Part shown: positions 10,120 to 20,482 of the stretch, in pieces | How positions within the stretch are numbered: position 1 is the stretch's first letter | Layout: every line of letters begins with the position of its first letter | DNA from: Endomicrobiales bacterium | GTDB taxonomy: Bacteria; Elusimicrobiota; Endomicrobiia; Endomicrobiales; JALOBY01 | NCBI GenBank assembly: GCA_963796955.1 | Contig: CAWCNJ010000004.1 | Coordinates: forward strand, 224,001-288,000 | DNA: 64,000 bases | Direction: 5' to 3' | Notes under the pieces: model-generated | Database searches by the model: none | What the model saw: only the letters and a program-made list of their open reading frames with translations | What the model was told of the DNA's origin: nothing | Program-made: the position numbers and the translations under genes

Positions 10120-10468
10120 GTCAGTACTTATCATAGACGATGTTGAAGGGTTGAGTTATTATCTGGCCAGGACCTTTGAACGGGCCGGCGTAAAACCTTA
10201 CGAAGCCCGCGGCGGCGAGCAGGGCATACGGTTATTCAGGGAGGCCGCCCCGGACCTTGTTCTGCTGGATATGCATTTGCCCGATATGAACGGACTGGAT
10301 GTGCTGTTGAAGATCAGGGAGCTTGGTCCCGCGGCCCGAGTCATGATAATGTCCGGTGACGCCGGACTTGTCGCCCAGCTGAGGCAGACAGTCCCCGCGA
10401 TAGAATTTGTTGACAAACCGATCGACATGCGGGATCTTTTCGAAAAACTTGGACTTTCGCACAGGTAG
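10106..10468 (+). CDS. Single-domain response regulator (REC)
   Basis: IIDD, LLDMHLPDMNG, MSG, DKP. Confidence 0.9.
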   Translation: MGDIKSVLIIDDVEGLSYYLARTFERAGVKPYEARGGEQGIRLFREAAPDLVLLDMHLPDMNGLDVLLKIRELGPAARVMIMSGDAGLVAQLRQTVPAIEFVDKPIDMRDLFEKLGLSHR

Positions 10469-10499
10469 CTGGCGCAAATGAAAAATAAGGAGGCTTGCT

Positions 10500-10946
10500 A
10501 TGGATGAACACACTGAAGCCGGTCAAAACGATTTTGGAGGCAGGCGCAGCGCGCCGCGGGCCTTTGCCAACGACCTGCTTTGCAAAGTTTCGACCGTCGA
10601 TATTCCCAATAGCGTGCATGCCAATATTTTAAATATCGGCACCTACGGCCTTATGGTGGCCCTTAAACTTAAACTTGCATCGGCCATGCCGGTTATAGTG
10701 AATATTTTCCTGCCGGTGCCGTTCGGCGAAATAGCATTAAAAGGAACCGTTTCCTGGGTGGCGAAAGAACAGGAACATTATGTGTGCGGGATTGATTTCA
10801 CTGAAAATGATGAGGACGGCAATCTGGCAACGATGAGGAGATACGTGACCAACGTCATCAAGGACACGAATATTGTCGAACGCAGGAAAAGCCGCGGGCG
10901 TGGCGCAAAAGTATCGGTGGAACGAAGGGCCAAGCGCCCCCGCTGA
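10500..10946 (+). CDS. PilZ domain protein
   Basis: RRSAPR (RxxxR), NIGTYG, beta-barrel tail (GTVSWV...CGIDF); AAGGAGG RBS. Confidence 0.8.
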   Translation: MDEHTEAGQNDFGGRRSAPRAFANDLLCKVSTVDIPNSVHANILNIGTYGLMVALKLKLASAMPVIVNIFLPVPFGEIALKGTVSWVAKEQEHYVCGIDFTENDEDGNLATMRRYVTNVIKDTNIVERRKSRGRGAKVSVERRAKRPR

Positions 10947-10973
10947 CGCCTGATATCAGCCTCTGCGAGATTT

Positions 10974-11003
10974 AAGCCGCTTTCTTCACGAAGGCGGTTT
11001 TTT
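10974..11003 (+). terminator. Intrinsic terminator after signalling cluster
   Basis: CCGCTTTC-ttcac-GAAGGCGG stem followed by a T run. Confidence 0.65.
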
Positions 11004-11102
11004 CTTTTATGGAACCAGGTCAGCGTTATTATGAAAAACACGATTATGTTTTCCAACGAATTCAGCTATATTTGTGATGAAGGTTGAGTTAATGGAGGGA
11101 TC

Positions 11103-11825
11103 ATGCGTAAAATAGTCTATTCGATAATACTGCTGTTAATTTCTATAGTGCCGGTATATGCGGGCGGGACCGACCTGAGTTTGTGGGGCGGTTACGCGAC
11201 GTTCGCCATGAATGATGTTAATAATTTCCTCAAAGACAGCGTGGGGTCGGGCGGATCCGTTACAAAAGTAAGCGATGGCTATCTCTTCGGTGCTGATGCG
11301 TTGTTCCAGGTTAACGGAGCGCCCATGCTTTGGCTTGGTCCCCGCGTAGAGTACCTGGGCTGTACCCGGGGTAAGGCCTCAAATGCGACCGTGGATCTTA
11401 AGGAAGATCAGTACCTTATCCCTATCCTGGTCGGTGGAAAATATCAGCTGGCTGAAAGCGGCAAGTTCGGGCTTGATGGGAAGGCCTTCCTCGGAGTCGG
11501 TCTTGGGTATGCGACCACTAATTCTACCAGTTATTCCGGCACGGGTTTTGTAGGAGAATTGGGCGTCGGCGGAACATATAAAGCGTCAAGTGTCATCAGT
11601 ATTGGCTTGGACGTGGGCTATCGGTTCGCCGATCTCGGTTCGATGGGTTCCGGCGGGTATGGAAGCAGCAGCAGTAGCACCGGCACCGGGACGGGCACGG
11701 GGACTACGTATGCGAAAGGACTTAACAACACACCGCCTTTGGTAAACCCGGTCACCGGCTCCAATGTTAAGTATGATTTCAGCGGTATGATCTTGAATCT
11801 TGGCGTAACGTACCATTTTAAATAA
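11103..11825 (+). CDS. Outer-membrane beta-barrel protein (OmpA/OmpW-like)
   Basis: Signal peptide, alternating amphipathic strands, C-terminal GVTYHFK, internal S/G/T-rich loop. Confidence 0.7.
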   Translation: MRKIVYSIILLLISIVPVYAGGTDLSLWGGYATFAMNDVNNFLKDSVGSGGSVTKVSDGYLFGADALFQVNGAPMLWLGPRVEYLGCTRGKASNATVDLKEDQYLIPILVGGKYQLAESGKFGLDGKAFLGVGLGYATTNSTSYSGTGFVGELGVGGTYKASSVISIGLDVGYRFADLGSMGSGGYGSSSSSTGTGTGTGTTYAKGLNNTPPLVNPVTGSNVKYDFSGMILNLGVTYHFK

Positions 11826-11871
11826 GTAACAGTTCTTTTAGGTGCTCAGGGGGCGTAAGAGTTGTAGCGGC

Positions 11872-13026
11872 TTACTCTGAAAGGTCAAGGCTTGCGACGC
11901 TTTCGATGTGAGTGGTTTGGGGGAACATATCGACTGGTTGTATAGCGGTGGCCTTGTAGCCGAGGGTTTTCAGGACAACGAGATCCCTGGCCAGAGACGC
12001 AGGATCGCAGGAAACATACACGACCCTGCGAGGTTTAAGCCGTGCGATCTCCCTGAGCACCGATATTTCACAGCCCGCACGCGGCGGGTCCAGCACAACG
12101 ATATCAGCGGTTATACGGCGGGCTCTGGCAAGCGCGGGTAATATGGCCTCTGTTTTACCGGGAAAAAACTGAACGTTGGTTATATTATTGAATTTCGCAT
12201 TGCGCCTCGCATCATCTATCGCGGGGACCACCTCTTCTATCCCGAAAACTCTTTTAACCTTTCCTGCAATGTACAGTGTTATGGAACCGGTGCCGCAATA
12301 AAGGTCCAGCACTGAATCCTCTTTCGTGAACTTGCCCAGTTTTACGACCGTATCATACAGAACCTTTGTCATTTCCGGGTTAATCTGAAAAAACGATACC
12401 GGCGAGATGTTGAATTTAACATGGCCGATGGTTTCCCTCACCGTGTCGGCGCCGAACAGATTATAGGTTTGCCCGCCCAGTATCGCGTTACCGCGTTCCA
12501 TATTAATGTTAGTGAATATGCCTGCCACTCCCGCGATCGCTGAAAGCTCTTTCGCGATCAGCGCGGCCCGCGGCATTCTTTCCGAGTTTATAACGAAGCA
12601 TATAAGGGCTTTATTCTGGGCTGCAGAAACCCGGATAAGCACATGGCGTAAAATGCCGGTGTGTTTTTTTTCGTTATACAGCGGCACGCGGAATTTTGTG
12701 ATCGCGTCCCTGATAGGTGCTATTAGTTTGTTCGCCAGAGGATGCTGGGTAAGGCATTCTTCAATGCCGATAAGCTCGTGAGTGGCTTTTTTGTAAAAGC
12801 CAAGCGTAGGCTTGCCTGAAATATATTGCGCGGGATATTGCGCCTTGCAGCGGTAATGCCATGGTTCCTTCATTTCGATGACCGGTGCCACCAGGGAATC
12901 GTCGAGGCCGACCTTCTTCAGAGAATCTACAACGCTTTGTTTTTTATCCAGAAGCTGGGAGGGGTAATCCATAAGCTGCAACTGGCAGGAACCGCAATCG
13001 GCGGCGTAGCGACAGAGCGCCTTCAT
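11872..13026 (-). CDS. rlmD: 23S rRNA (uracil-C5)-methyltransferase, no TRAM domain
   Basis: CxxxxxCGSC Fe-S motif, SFFQIN, DLYCGTG, DPPRAG, YVSCDP, DMFPQTTHIE. Confidence 0.88.
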   Translation of the reverse strand: MKALCRYAADCGSCQLQLMDYPSQLLDKKQSVVDSLKKVGLDDSLVAPVIEMKEPWHYRCKAQYPAQYISGKPTLGFYKKATHELIGIEECLTQHPLANKLIAPIRDAITKFRVPLYNEKKHTGILRHVLIRVSAAQNKALICFVINSERMPRAALIAKELSAIAGVAGIFTNINMERGNAILGGQTYNLFGADTVRETIGHVKFNISPVSFFQINPEMTKVLYDTVVKLGKFTKEDSVLDLYCGTGSITLYIAGKVKRVFGIEEVVPAIDDARRNAKFNNITNVQFFPGKTEAILPALARARRITADIVVLDPPRAGCEISVLREIARLKPRRVVYVSCDPASLARDLVVLKTLGYKATAIQPVDMFPQTTHIESVASLDLSE

Positions 13027-14444
13027 GAATGCGCTTTCAAATATTCGTCAATGGCGCGCGCGGCTTTTTTGCCCATGCCCATGGCTCGTATCACCGTGTC
13101 GCCGCCTACAATGTCGCCGCCGGCGAAAACACCGGGGATCGAGGTCATGAATGTATCGTCAATCTTTAGGTGGCCGTCCGGCAGTGTTTCAAGGCCCTTG
13201 GTCAAAGAAGGCAGCACGGGATTCGGCGAAAGGCCGATAGCGATTATCGCCATATTGATATCCAGCACGAAATGAGAGTCCAGGATCTCTACGGGGCTTC
13301 TGCGCCCTGTCTTATCGGGTTCGCCCAGTTCCATTTTAAGGCATTCCATACCGACAACGAATCCTTTTTCATCACCGATCAAACGCACGGGAGCGGTTAA
13401 AGCATCCAGTTGCACGCCTTCCTCGATCGCATGTGCTATCTCTTCAACGCGGGCCGGCATCTCTTCCCTGCCCCTGCGGTACACAAGATGAACTTCGGCG
13501 GCCCCGAGCCTCTTGGCCGTGCGGGCTGCATCCATCGCGGTATTACCGCCGCCCACAACCGCCACTTTGCTACCGGTATAAACAGGTGTATCGCTTACCG
13601 GGAACTTCCAGGCTTTCATAAGATTAACGCGCACAAGGAATTCGTTCGCAGAATAGACGTTGTTAAGATTTTCGCCGGGAATGTCCAGGAATTTTGGCAA
13701 GCCGGCGCCGGTGCCCACGAAAATAGCCTTATAACCTTCGCCGAAAAGCTCCGGCACCGTCTTTGTGCGCCCTATGAGATGGTTAGGCAGTATTTTTACG
13801 CCGAGGTTTTCAAGGCTTTTCAATTCGGCGTCAAGCACGCGGCTCGGCAGACGAAATTCTGGGATGCCGTATCTTAACACACCGCCCGCGGCGTGCAGCG
13901 ATTCATACACTGTTACCGCATACCCCATTTTAGCAAGGTCTCCTGCCGCGGTAAGGCCTGCGGGGCCTGAACCTATAACAGCAACGGCGAGTTTCGAGTC
14001 TCGAGTTTCGAGTCTCGAGACTGGCAAGGGATCGTTAGTTGAATTTTCTCGAGACTCGAGATTCGAGACTGAAGTTTCTTTGCCGTGATCTGATGCGTAT
14101 CTCTCCAGCCAGCCGATCGCTATGGGATTGTTCTTTTTATTAAGGATACAGGCCTTTTCGCACTGGTTCTCCTGCGGGCAAACACGCCCGCATACGGCGG
14201 GAAGATTATTTTTTTGTTTTAAGACAGCAAGGGCTTTGTCATTATCGCCTTTTGCTATGGCATCTATGAAGCCGGGAATGTTTATTTCAACGGGGCAGCC
14301 CGAAACACAGGTGGGATTTTTGCATTGGAGACAGCGCTTCGCCTCAGCGAGCGCCTGCTCGGTCGTCAGGCCAAGGTTAACTTCTAAAAAATCTTTATTG
14401 CGTTCGTTCGCCGGGCGTTCCGGCATATGAGTTGTTTTAGCCAT
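13023..14444 (-). CDS. nfnB: NfnB/SudA-type NADPH-dependent oxidoreductase (glutamate synthase small-chain family)
   Basis: RCLQC...CP, CGRVCPQENQCE, GSGPAG, YGIPEFRLP, GGGNTAMD, FAGGD; paired with NfnA-like gene. Confidence 0.85.
   Translation of the reverse strand: MAKTTHMPERPANERNKDFLEVNLGLTTEQALAEAKRCLQCKNPTCVSGCPVEINIPGFIDAIAKGDNDKALAVLKQKNNLPAVCGRVCPQENQCEKACILNKKNNPIAIGWLERYASDHGKETSVSNLESRENSTNDPLPVSRLETRDSKLAVAVIGSGPAGLTAAGDLAKMGYAVTVYESLHAAGGVLRYGIPEFRLPSRVLDAELKSLENLGVKILPNHLIGRTKTVPELFGEGYKAIFVGTGAGLPKFLDIPGENLNNVYSANEFLVRVNLMKAWKFPVSDTPVYTGSKVAVVGGGNTAMDAARTAKRLGAAEVHLVYRRGREEMPARVEEIAHAIEEGVQLDALTAPVRLIGDEKGFVVGMECLKMELGEPDKTGRRSPVEILDSHFVLDINMAIIAIGLSPNPVLPSLTKGLETLPDGHLKIDDTFMTSIPGVFAGGDIVGGDTVIRAMGMGKKAARAIDEYLKAHS
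13988..14070. repeat. Heptamer-repeat (CGAGWYT) hairpin embedded in-frame in nfnB
   Basis: 5 heptamers at 13988-14022 and 3 at 14050-14070; 13997-14020 and 14047-14070 are inverted repeats matching at 22/24. Confidence 0.85.
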
Positions 14445-15264
14445 TTTTATTTTTCCGGTCCAGAGAAGCTTTCTCCTGGGTTTTAAATGATGCCTGGCGG
14501 GCTATCAGTTGGTTCCAGTCTACCTGGTGGCCGTCGAATTCCGGGCCGTCCACGCAGGCAAACTTGGTTTTGCCTTCTATGGAACAGCGGCACACGCCGC
14601 ACATGCCCGTGCCGTCCAGCATGATGGGGTTTAGGGAAACGATGGTTTTTATACCGTATCCCTTCGTCAAATTGGCCACTGCCCGCATCATAGGAACCGG
14701 GCCGATGGCATAGATCATGCCGACCGTTATCTTTTTGGCGAGCAGTTCCTGCAGTTGTTCGGTCACAAAACCCTTCTTACCGTAAGAGCCGTCGTCCGTC
14801 ATCACAAATACTTCGTCGCAGGCGGCTTTCATTTCAGCCTCAAGGATTATCAGTTCTTTTGTCCTGGCACCTGTGATGCCTATAACCCGGTTGCCTGTCT
14901 TACGCAGAGCATCCGCTACGGGGAGTGCCTCGGCAACGCCTACGCCGCCGCCCACGATTATTACGGTGCCGTAATTGATCAACTCGGTAGGGTGGCCAAG
15001 CGGGCCCACAATATCAGCGATATTGTCGTTTGCGTTCAAAGCTCCCAGCAATTTCGTGGTGGTACCTACTTCCTGGAATATCAGCGTTATGCTGCCAGCC
15101 GTCGTGTCTTCCCCGGCGATGGTAAGGGGAATACGCTCGCCGTTCTCGTCCACGCGCAAGACTATGAATTGGCCGGCTTTCGCGTGAGCCGCTATAACGC
15201 CCGCCTCCACTTCAAGGCGCACAACATTCTCAGACAGCCTGGTCTTCGCGATTATACGGTTCAT
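14437..15264 (-). CDS. nfnA: NfnA/SudB-type FAD/NAD-binding 2Fe-2S subunit
   Basis: [34 protein letters not shown]. Confidence 0.88.
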   Translation of the reverse strand: MNRIIAKTRLSENVVRLEVEAGVIAAHAKAGQFIVLRVDENGERIPLTIAGEDTTAGSITLIFQEVGTTTKLLGALNANDNIADIVGPLGHPTELINYGTVIIVGGGVGVAEALPVADALRKTGNRVIGITGARTKELIILEAEMKAACDEVFVMTDDGSYGKKGFVTEQLQELLAKKITVGMIYAIGPVPMMRAVANLTKGYGIKTIVSLNPIMLDGTGMCGVCRCSIEGKTKFACVDGPEFDGHQVDWNQLIARQASFKTQEKASLDRKNKNG

Positions 15265-16625
15265 GCTTTCACTTTCGGCAAATGGTGCAGCGCATCCTGT
15301 ACCCTTTCCGCCGGGTATTCAAAATCCACCAGCTTGCCGGAAAGATAATTATCGTAGGCGGTCATATCAAAGTGGCCGTGCCCTGAGAGGTTGAACAATA
15401 TCGTGCGTTTTTCTCCACACTTTTTCGCGTCCAGCGCCTCGTCGATAGCCGCGCGGATGGCGTGCGAGGATTCCGGCGCCGGAATAATACCCTCGGATTT
15501 GGCGAACATAAGCGCCGCCTCAAAACAGGGGACCTGTTTATAGGCTTTCGCCTCAATAAGCTTCTGGTTATAGAGCGCCGAGACGATCGGTGACATGCCG
15601 TGGTATCTCAAACCGCCGGCGTGGATGCCTTCCGGCACAAAATTGTGGCCGAGCGTATACATTTTCGCTACCGGCGCCATACCGGCGGTGTCGCCGTAAT
15701 CGTAGGCATAGTGGCCCTTTGTTAATGTCGGGCAGGCGGTAGGTTCCACGGCGACCGCGCGTACTTTTTTGTGTTTACCCTGCAATTTGTCCATCAGGAA
15801 GGGGAATGCAATGCCGGCGAAATTCGAGCCGCCACCCACACAACCGATCACCACATCAGGATACGCATCCAACTTCTCCATCTGTTTTTTTGCTTCAAGG
15901 CCGATAATGGTCTGGTGCATGCAGACGTGGTTCAGAACGCTGCCAAGCGCGTATTTCGCGCCGGTCTTAACCGCCATCTCAACGGCTTCGGAAATAGCTA
16001 TGCCGAGCGAACCGGTTGAATCCGGGTCTTGTTCAAGTATTTTTTTGCCTGCGTCGGTATGGTTGGTCGGGCTTGCGTGCACTTCGGCCCCCCAAATATG
16101 CATGAGCGAACGGCGATAGGGTTTTTGCTGATAAGAAACTTTCACCATGTAGACGTCGCACTTCATTTCGAAATAATTGCAGGCAAGCGCGATAGAGCAG
16201 CCCCACTGGCCGGCGCCGGTCTCCGTCGTTATCTTTTGCACGCCCTGCATTTTGTTATAGTAGGCTTGTGGTATGGCGGTATTCGGTTTGTGCGAGCCGG
16301 CCGGGCTCACGCCTTCATACTTGTAATAGATCTCCGCCGGTGTATCCAACAGTTTTTCAAGTCTGTATGCCCGGTGCATGGGGGATGGGCGCCACAGCTT
16401 GTAGATATCCCGCACCTGCTCCGGTATGTCTATCCAGCGTTCAGTGCTTACTTCCTGCTTGATCAATTCCATAGGGAACAAAACGGCAAGATCCTCGGGT
16501 CCGATGGGGTTCAGCGTTCCGGGATGCATGACGGGCGGTAAGGCTACCGGCAGGTCAGCCTGAATATTGTACCACTGCGAGGGCATATCTTTTTCAGACA
16601 AAAGTATCTTGGTTTCTTTCACCAT
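15261..16625 (-). CDS. trpB2: TrpB2-type tryptophan synthase beta-like PLP enzyme
   Basis: GSHKPNTA (PLP Lys), [33 protein letters not shown]. Confidence 0.93.
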   Translation of the reverse strand: MVKETKILLSEKDMPSQWYNIQADLPVALPPVMHPGTLNPIGPEDLAVLFPMELIKQEVSTERWIDIPEQVRDIYKLWRPSPMHRAYRLEKLLDTPAEIYYKYEGVSPAGSHKPNTAIPQAYYNKMQGVQKITTETGAGQWGCSIALACNYFEMKCDVYMVKVSYQQKPYRRSLMHIWGAEVHASPTNHTDAGKKILEQDPDSTGSLGIAISEAVEMAVKTGAKYALGSVLNHVCMHQTIIGLEAKKQMEKLDAYPDVVIGCVGGGSNFAGIAFPFLMDKLQGKHKKVRAVAVEPTACPTLTKGHYAYDYGDTAGMAPVAKMYTLGHNFVPEGIHAGGLRYHGMSPIVSALYNQKLIEAKAYKQVPCFEAALMFAKSEGIIPAPESSHAIRAAIDEALDAKKCGEKRTILFNLSGHGHFDMTAYDNYLSGKLVDFEYPAERVQDALHHLPKVKA

Positions 16626-16652
16626 GGCCTCCTGATATTGTTTTGGTACTGC

Positions 16653-17282
16653 TTAACGGGCAGAGTTATTGTTCTCGGTGATCTCGTGGTCCAGCTCCAT
16701 GTTCCAGTACATTGTATCAACAAAGCGTTGCCAGGAGGTTTTCATCTTGGCAGGTGAGCTGAACACCAGGGACATTGGGCCGCGCCAGGCGGGTTTGGAA
16801 GGTTTTACCAGCAGCTTCATATTCGCTTCTTCGGGAAGGCAGCTGCCTTTTTTCAGGTTGCAGGGAATGCAGGAGGTAACGATATTTTCCCAGTTGGTCT
16901 TGCCGCCGCGGCTTCTAGGCAGTATGTGGTCCAGGTTAAGTTCCACGCTGCCGAGTTTTTTGCCGCAATAGCAGCAGCGGTAATGATAATGCTCATATAT
17001 GTTGCGGCGGGTAAATTTCACTTCGCTGGAGGGAAGACGGTCGTAGCAGCGCAGGGCGATGACGTCCGGTATCGCTATTTTCAGGGCCGGCGTATGCACA
17101 AAGCCGGAGGGATTTGTTTCGATGATCTTTGAAAGTTCCCGCCAGTCCTCAAAAGAATAGCAGCGATAATCTTCATCCACCACGTGAGCGTGATCCAGAT
17201 AAACCAGCGACAGCGCCCGCTGCCAGGATATTACCTGAATGGCATAAAAACTTCGATTAAGTACCAGTACGTCGCTGCCCAT
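16653..17282 (-). CDS. HNH endonuclease family protein
   Basis: VLVLN N-terminus, CCYCG, LDHILPRSRGG, WENIVTSCIPCNLKK. Confidence 0.9.
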   Translation of the reverse strand: MGSDVLVLNRSFYAIQVISWQRALSLVYLDHAHVVDEDYRCYSFEDWRELSKIIETNPSGFVHTPALKIAIPDVIALRCYDRLPSSEVKFTRRNIYEHYHYRCCYCGKKLGSVELNLDHILPRSRGGKTNWENIVTSCIPCNLKKGSCLPEEANMKLLVKPSKPAWRGPMSLVFSSPAKMKTSWQRFVDTMYWNMELDHEITENNNSAR

Positions 17283-17291
17283 AATAAAGTA

Positions 17292-17320
17292 ATTATATCC
17301 GTTTGTGCTTTTATTGTCAA
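17292..17320 (-). promoter_or_regulatory. Perfect-consensus sigma70 promoter for the HNH-trpB2-nfnAB-rlmD run
   Basis: Minus strand TTGACA (17320-17315), 17 bp spacer, TATAAT (17297-17292). Confidence 0.75.
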
Positions 17321-17344
17321 ATATGGTAGAATTTTGTAGCGATT

Positions 17345-19273
17345 ATGGAAAATAAGAATGTTGAAAAACTAATACTGGTCGGGAACGCGAACGTAGGCAA
17401 ATCGGTGATCTTTAACCGGCTTACCGGCAGCTACGCCGTTGTTTCAAATTATCCGGGGACCACGGTTGATATCAGCCGCGGCAGCGCGACCGTTAACGGG
17501 AAGACCTTTGAGGTCATTGATACTCCCGGCACCGCTTCCCTTCTGCCGGATTCCGAAGATGAGCAGGTAACCCGGGATATACTGTTCAATGAAACTGATT
17601 ATGCAGTTGTGCAGGTTGCTGACGCCAAGAACCTGAACCGTTCATTGCTCTTAACACTGGAGCTTGCCGAGCTGAAAGTTCCCATGGTGCTGGTGCTAAA
17701 CATGAGTGACGAGGCCAGGGAACGCGGTATAAAAATTAACCGTGAAAGGCTGGAAAAACTGCTCGGCATACCGGTGCTGGAAACGGTAGGGGTTACCGGT
17801 GAAGGTGTTGCGGAATTTAAAAAGCGCCTGGCACAGGCCGCCGTTGCGGCAGTAAAAGTTGATTACGCGCCTGAATTAGATCGGCTCATTAAAGCGGTTA
17901 TAGAGGCTGCTGGAAATGTGACCGCGGCGCGCTTGCTTGCAATGATGTTGCTGTCGGGCGATGAAAGTTCTTACCGCTTTGTGCCGGGGCAGGTATATCA
18001 GCAAACGCGGGAGACGGTGAGCCGGCTTCTGGGCACCTTTGCCGCCGATCCCAAATTCCTGTTCTTTGATCACCGTAACGGTGCTGCCAGCGAGATCGCG
18101 GCGCAGGTGTTAACTATAGAATCTGTCTCCGGCCGGGGTGTCTGGGCCTGGCTTGGGCAGGTAAGTCTTCTTCCGGTGCCCGGTTTCATTATAGCCGCTC
18201 TCGTGCTTGTGTTAATGTATGAGTTCGTGGGCGTATTCGGCGCCGGCTATCTGGTAGATCTGCTGGAACGAAAATTTTTCGGCGAATTAATGAACCCCTG
18301 GCTTATTACCTTTGTTAATAACACCGTGCCATGGGCGCATGTCAGGGACTTTCTTATAGGCCGTTTCGGCCTTATAACTATGGCGGTAACCTACGCGCTA
18401 GCGATGTTATGCCGATAGTCGCGACCTTCTTTTTCATGTTCGGCCTGTTTGAAGATTCCGGATATCTGCCGCGCCTCTCGGCGATAATGGACCGCTTTAT
18501 GCGCTTGATGGGACTGAACGGCAAAGCGGTGCTGCCCATGATACTGGGTCTCGGCTGCGGCACTATGGCCACGCTCTCTTCCCGCGTGCTTGAGACGAAA
18601 AAAGAACGTTTGCTGGTGATCCTGCTGCTGGCTCTGGGGGTCCCCTGTTCGGCGCAGCTGGGCGTAACGCTCGGTATACTTTCCGGAATGTCGGCCTCGG
18701 CAGCTCTGATATGGGTTATCTGCACGCTCGGCTCCATGATGGTGGTCGGGGTTGTCGCTAACCGTATATTGCCCGGCTCACGTTCCTGCTTTATTATAGA
18801 AATACCGCCGCTGCGGCGTCCTTTGATCGGGTAATGTGCTGGTAAAAATAAAGATGCGCATGCTCTGGTATCTGCAGGAGGCGAGTGCCCCTGTTGATCC
18901 TGGGCGACAGCGATCTCTTTACTGGATTCCTTTGGAACGCTGCAGATAATAGAGCGGCATTCCACGCCGCTTATTACCGGTGTGCTCGGCCTGCCCCCTG
19001 AAACCACCGGCAGCTTTATAATGGGTTTTCTCAGGCGGGACTACGGCTCGGGCGGGGCTTTACATGATGGCAAAACAGGGTTTACTTACCAACCGCCAGA
19101 TGCTGGTAAGCATAACGGTGATAACGCTTTTTGTGCCCTGCGTGGCCCAGTTCTTCATGATGATAAAAGAACGCGGATGGAAAACAGCGGCTTTGATACT
19201 GCTGTTCGTTACAGCGTATGCCTTCTCGTTCGGCGGAGTTTTGAATATGGTGCTTGCGGCGATAAAATTCTAA
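17345..19273 (+). CDS. feoB: Ferrous iron transporter B, interrupted by several indels
   Basis: GNANVGKS, NYPGTT, DTPG, NMSD; EDSGYLPR, GLGCGT, VPCSAQ, FLRRDYG, TLFVPC spread over successive frames with breaks near 18404, 18830-18920 and 19055. Confidence 0.85.
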
Positions 19274-19278
19274 AAGGG

Positions 19279-19304
19279 TCCGCCTGCGCCAAGGCTTCGG
19301 CGGA
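19279..19304. repeat. Short intergenic REP-like palindrome
   Basis: TCCGCC-TGC-GCC-AA-GGC-TTC-GGCGGA. Confidence 0.5.
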
Positions 19305-19338
19305 TTTCGCCTAATGATAAAACCAAGGGGAGTTCAAG

Positions 19339-19995
19339 ATGGATTTAATGAAAATGCATGATACCGAGGAAGCGCTGGGGGTTGTCTGGCGCAAACGCGA
19401 GCTTGGGGAACGCGGCGTTGAGACGATCCGAAAAGTTATAGAGGAAGGCGTTTGCGGCGATGTGTATGATTCCCTGCGGGAACGCGGGTATCTGACGGAA
19501 GCGGACGGCCTTATAACCCTGACCGAATCCGGAGAGACGCTCGCGCGCAGTATAACCCGCCGCCACCGCCTGGCGGAGCGGCTGCTGACGGACGTGCTTG
19601 AAATACATACCGAGGAAATAGATAAGAACGCCTGCCAGTTCGAACACGTGCTTTCCAGCGATGTTGCCGATGCAATCTGCACGCTGCTTGGACATCCGCG
19701 CATGTGTCCGCATGGAACGCCCATACCTCTTGGCCCCTGCTGTGAGAAATCTCAGTCGATAATTGAATCCATCGTATCGCCTCTGTCTGCGTTCCCGGTA
19801 GGCCAGACCGGCCATGTAGCCTACATCGTTACGTCTAACCATCCGTATCTGCACAAAGTGCTTGCCATGGGTGTTGTGCCCGGGGCGGAGATATCCCTGC
19901 ATCAGAGAATACCGTCATACGTTATCCGCGTGGGCGAAACTCAGATAGCTCTAGACAAGGAAGTGGCAGGCCAGATATACGTGCGCCGCCGCTAA
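19339..19995 (+). CDS. DtxR/MntR-family metal-dependent regulator with FeoA domain
   Basis: RRHRLAERLL, ACQFEH, CPHGTPIP, C-terminal FeoA-like MGVVPG. Confidence 0.88.
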   Translation: MDLMKMHDTEEALGVVWRKRELGERGVETIRKVIEEGVCGDVYDSLRERGYLTEADGLITLTESGETLARSITRRHRLAERLLTDVLEIHTEEIDKNACQFEHVLSSDVADAICTLLGHPRMCPHGTPIPLGPCCEKSQSIIESIVSPLSAFPVGQTGHVAYIVTSNHPYLHKVLAMGVVPGAEISLHQRIPSYVIRVGETQIALDKEVAGQIYVRRR

Positions 19996-20002
19996 ATACA
20001 TT

Positions 20003-20482
20003 ATGACCGACAGAATCAATAGTGATGCCGTAAGGGCCGCCTGGGAAGATGTTGCGCAGCTGACACCGTTGCAGCTGGAAGTCGAATTCGGCCTTTTTGA
20101 GACGGCCCAGCCCCAGATCGCGCAGGCCATCGACGAGATATGCCGACAGCTGGAGATCGAACAGGACGAACAGATAAGCGCCGCCGCGATCGCTGTCTGG
20201 AAGGTGTTCCCTCTGCATATGCCGGTTATAGAAAAAATCGAGTTTATGAAGGTTTTTGAAGAGATAGAGCACAAATACAAGGGGCTTGCAGCGATAGAGC
20301 CACAACGAAGGGATAAAATACTTGAGCTGACCGTGCCGTATGAACGCCAGCCGGCGGTCTTCGGTTTTATTCTCGGCATTGTCCATGAGCTTATCATGGC
20401 GAAAGCTGATCCAAGGAAAATAGCTTTTCTGATAGTTCTGCTGGACGCCGAAGCAACGGTTTTCGATCAGGCAGCCGGTTGA
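20003..20482 (+). CDS. Hypothetical protein
   Basis: 159-aa ORF packed between co-oriented genes; no recognised motif. Confidence 0.6.
   Translation: MTDRINSDAVRAAWEDVAQLTPLQLEVEFGLFETAQPQIAQAIDEICRQLEIEQDEQISAAAIAVWKVFPLHMPVIEKIEFMKVFEEIEHKYKGLAAIEPQRRDKILELTVPYERQPAVFGFILGIVHELIMAKADPRKIAFLIVLLDAEATVFDQAAG

Noticed and set aside
13988..14070. Possible CRISPR array
   Set aside because: Tandem 7-mers with no unique spacers and no cas genes; lies inside a CDS.
17345..19273. feoB, phoH and gamma-CA as true pseudogenes or programmed frameshifts
   Set aside because: Motifs are intact, indels are scattered across unrelated genes and no consistent slippery site is seen; sequence error is more parsimonious, though unproven.
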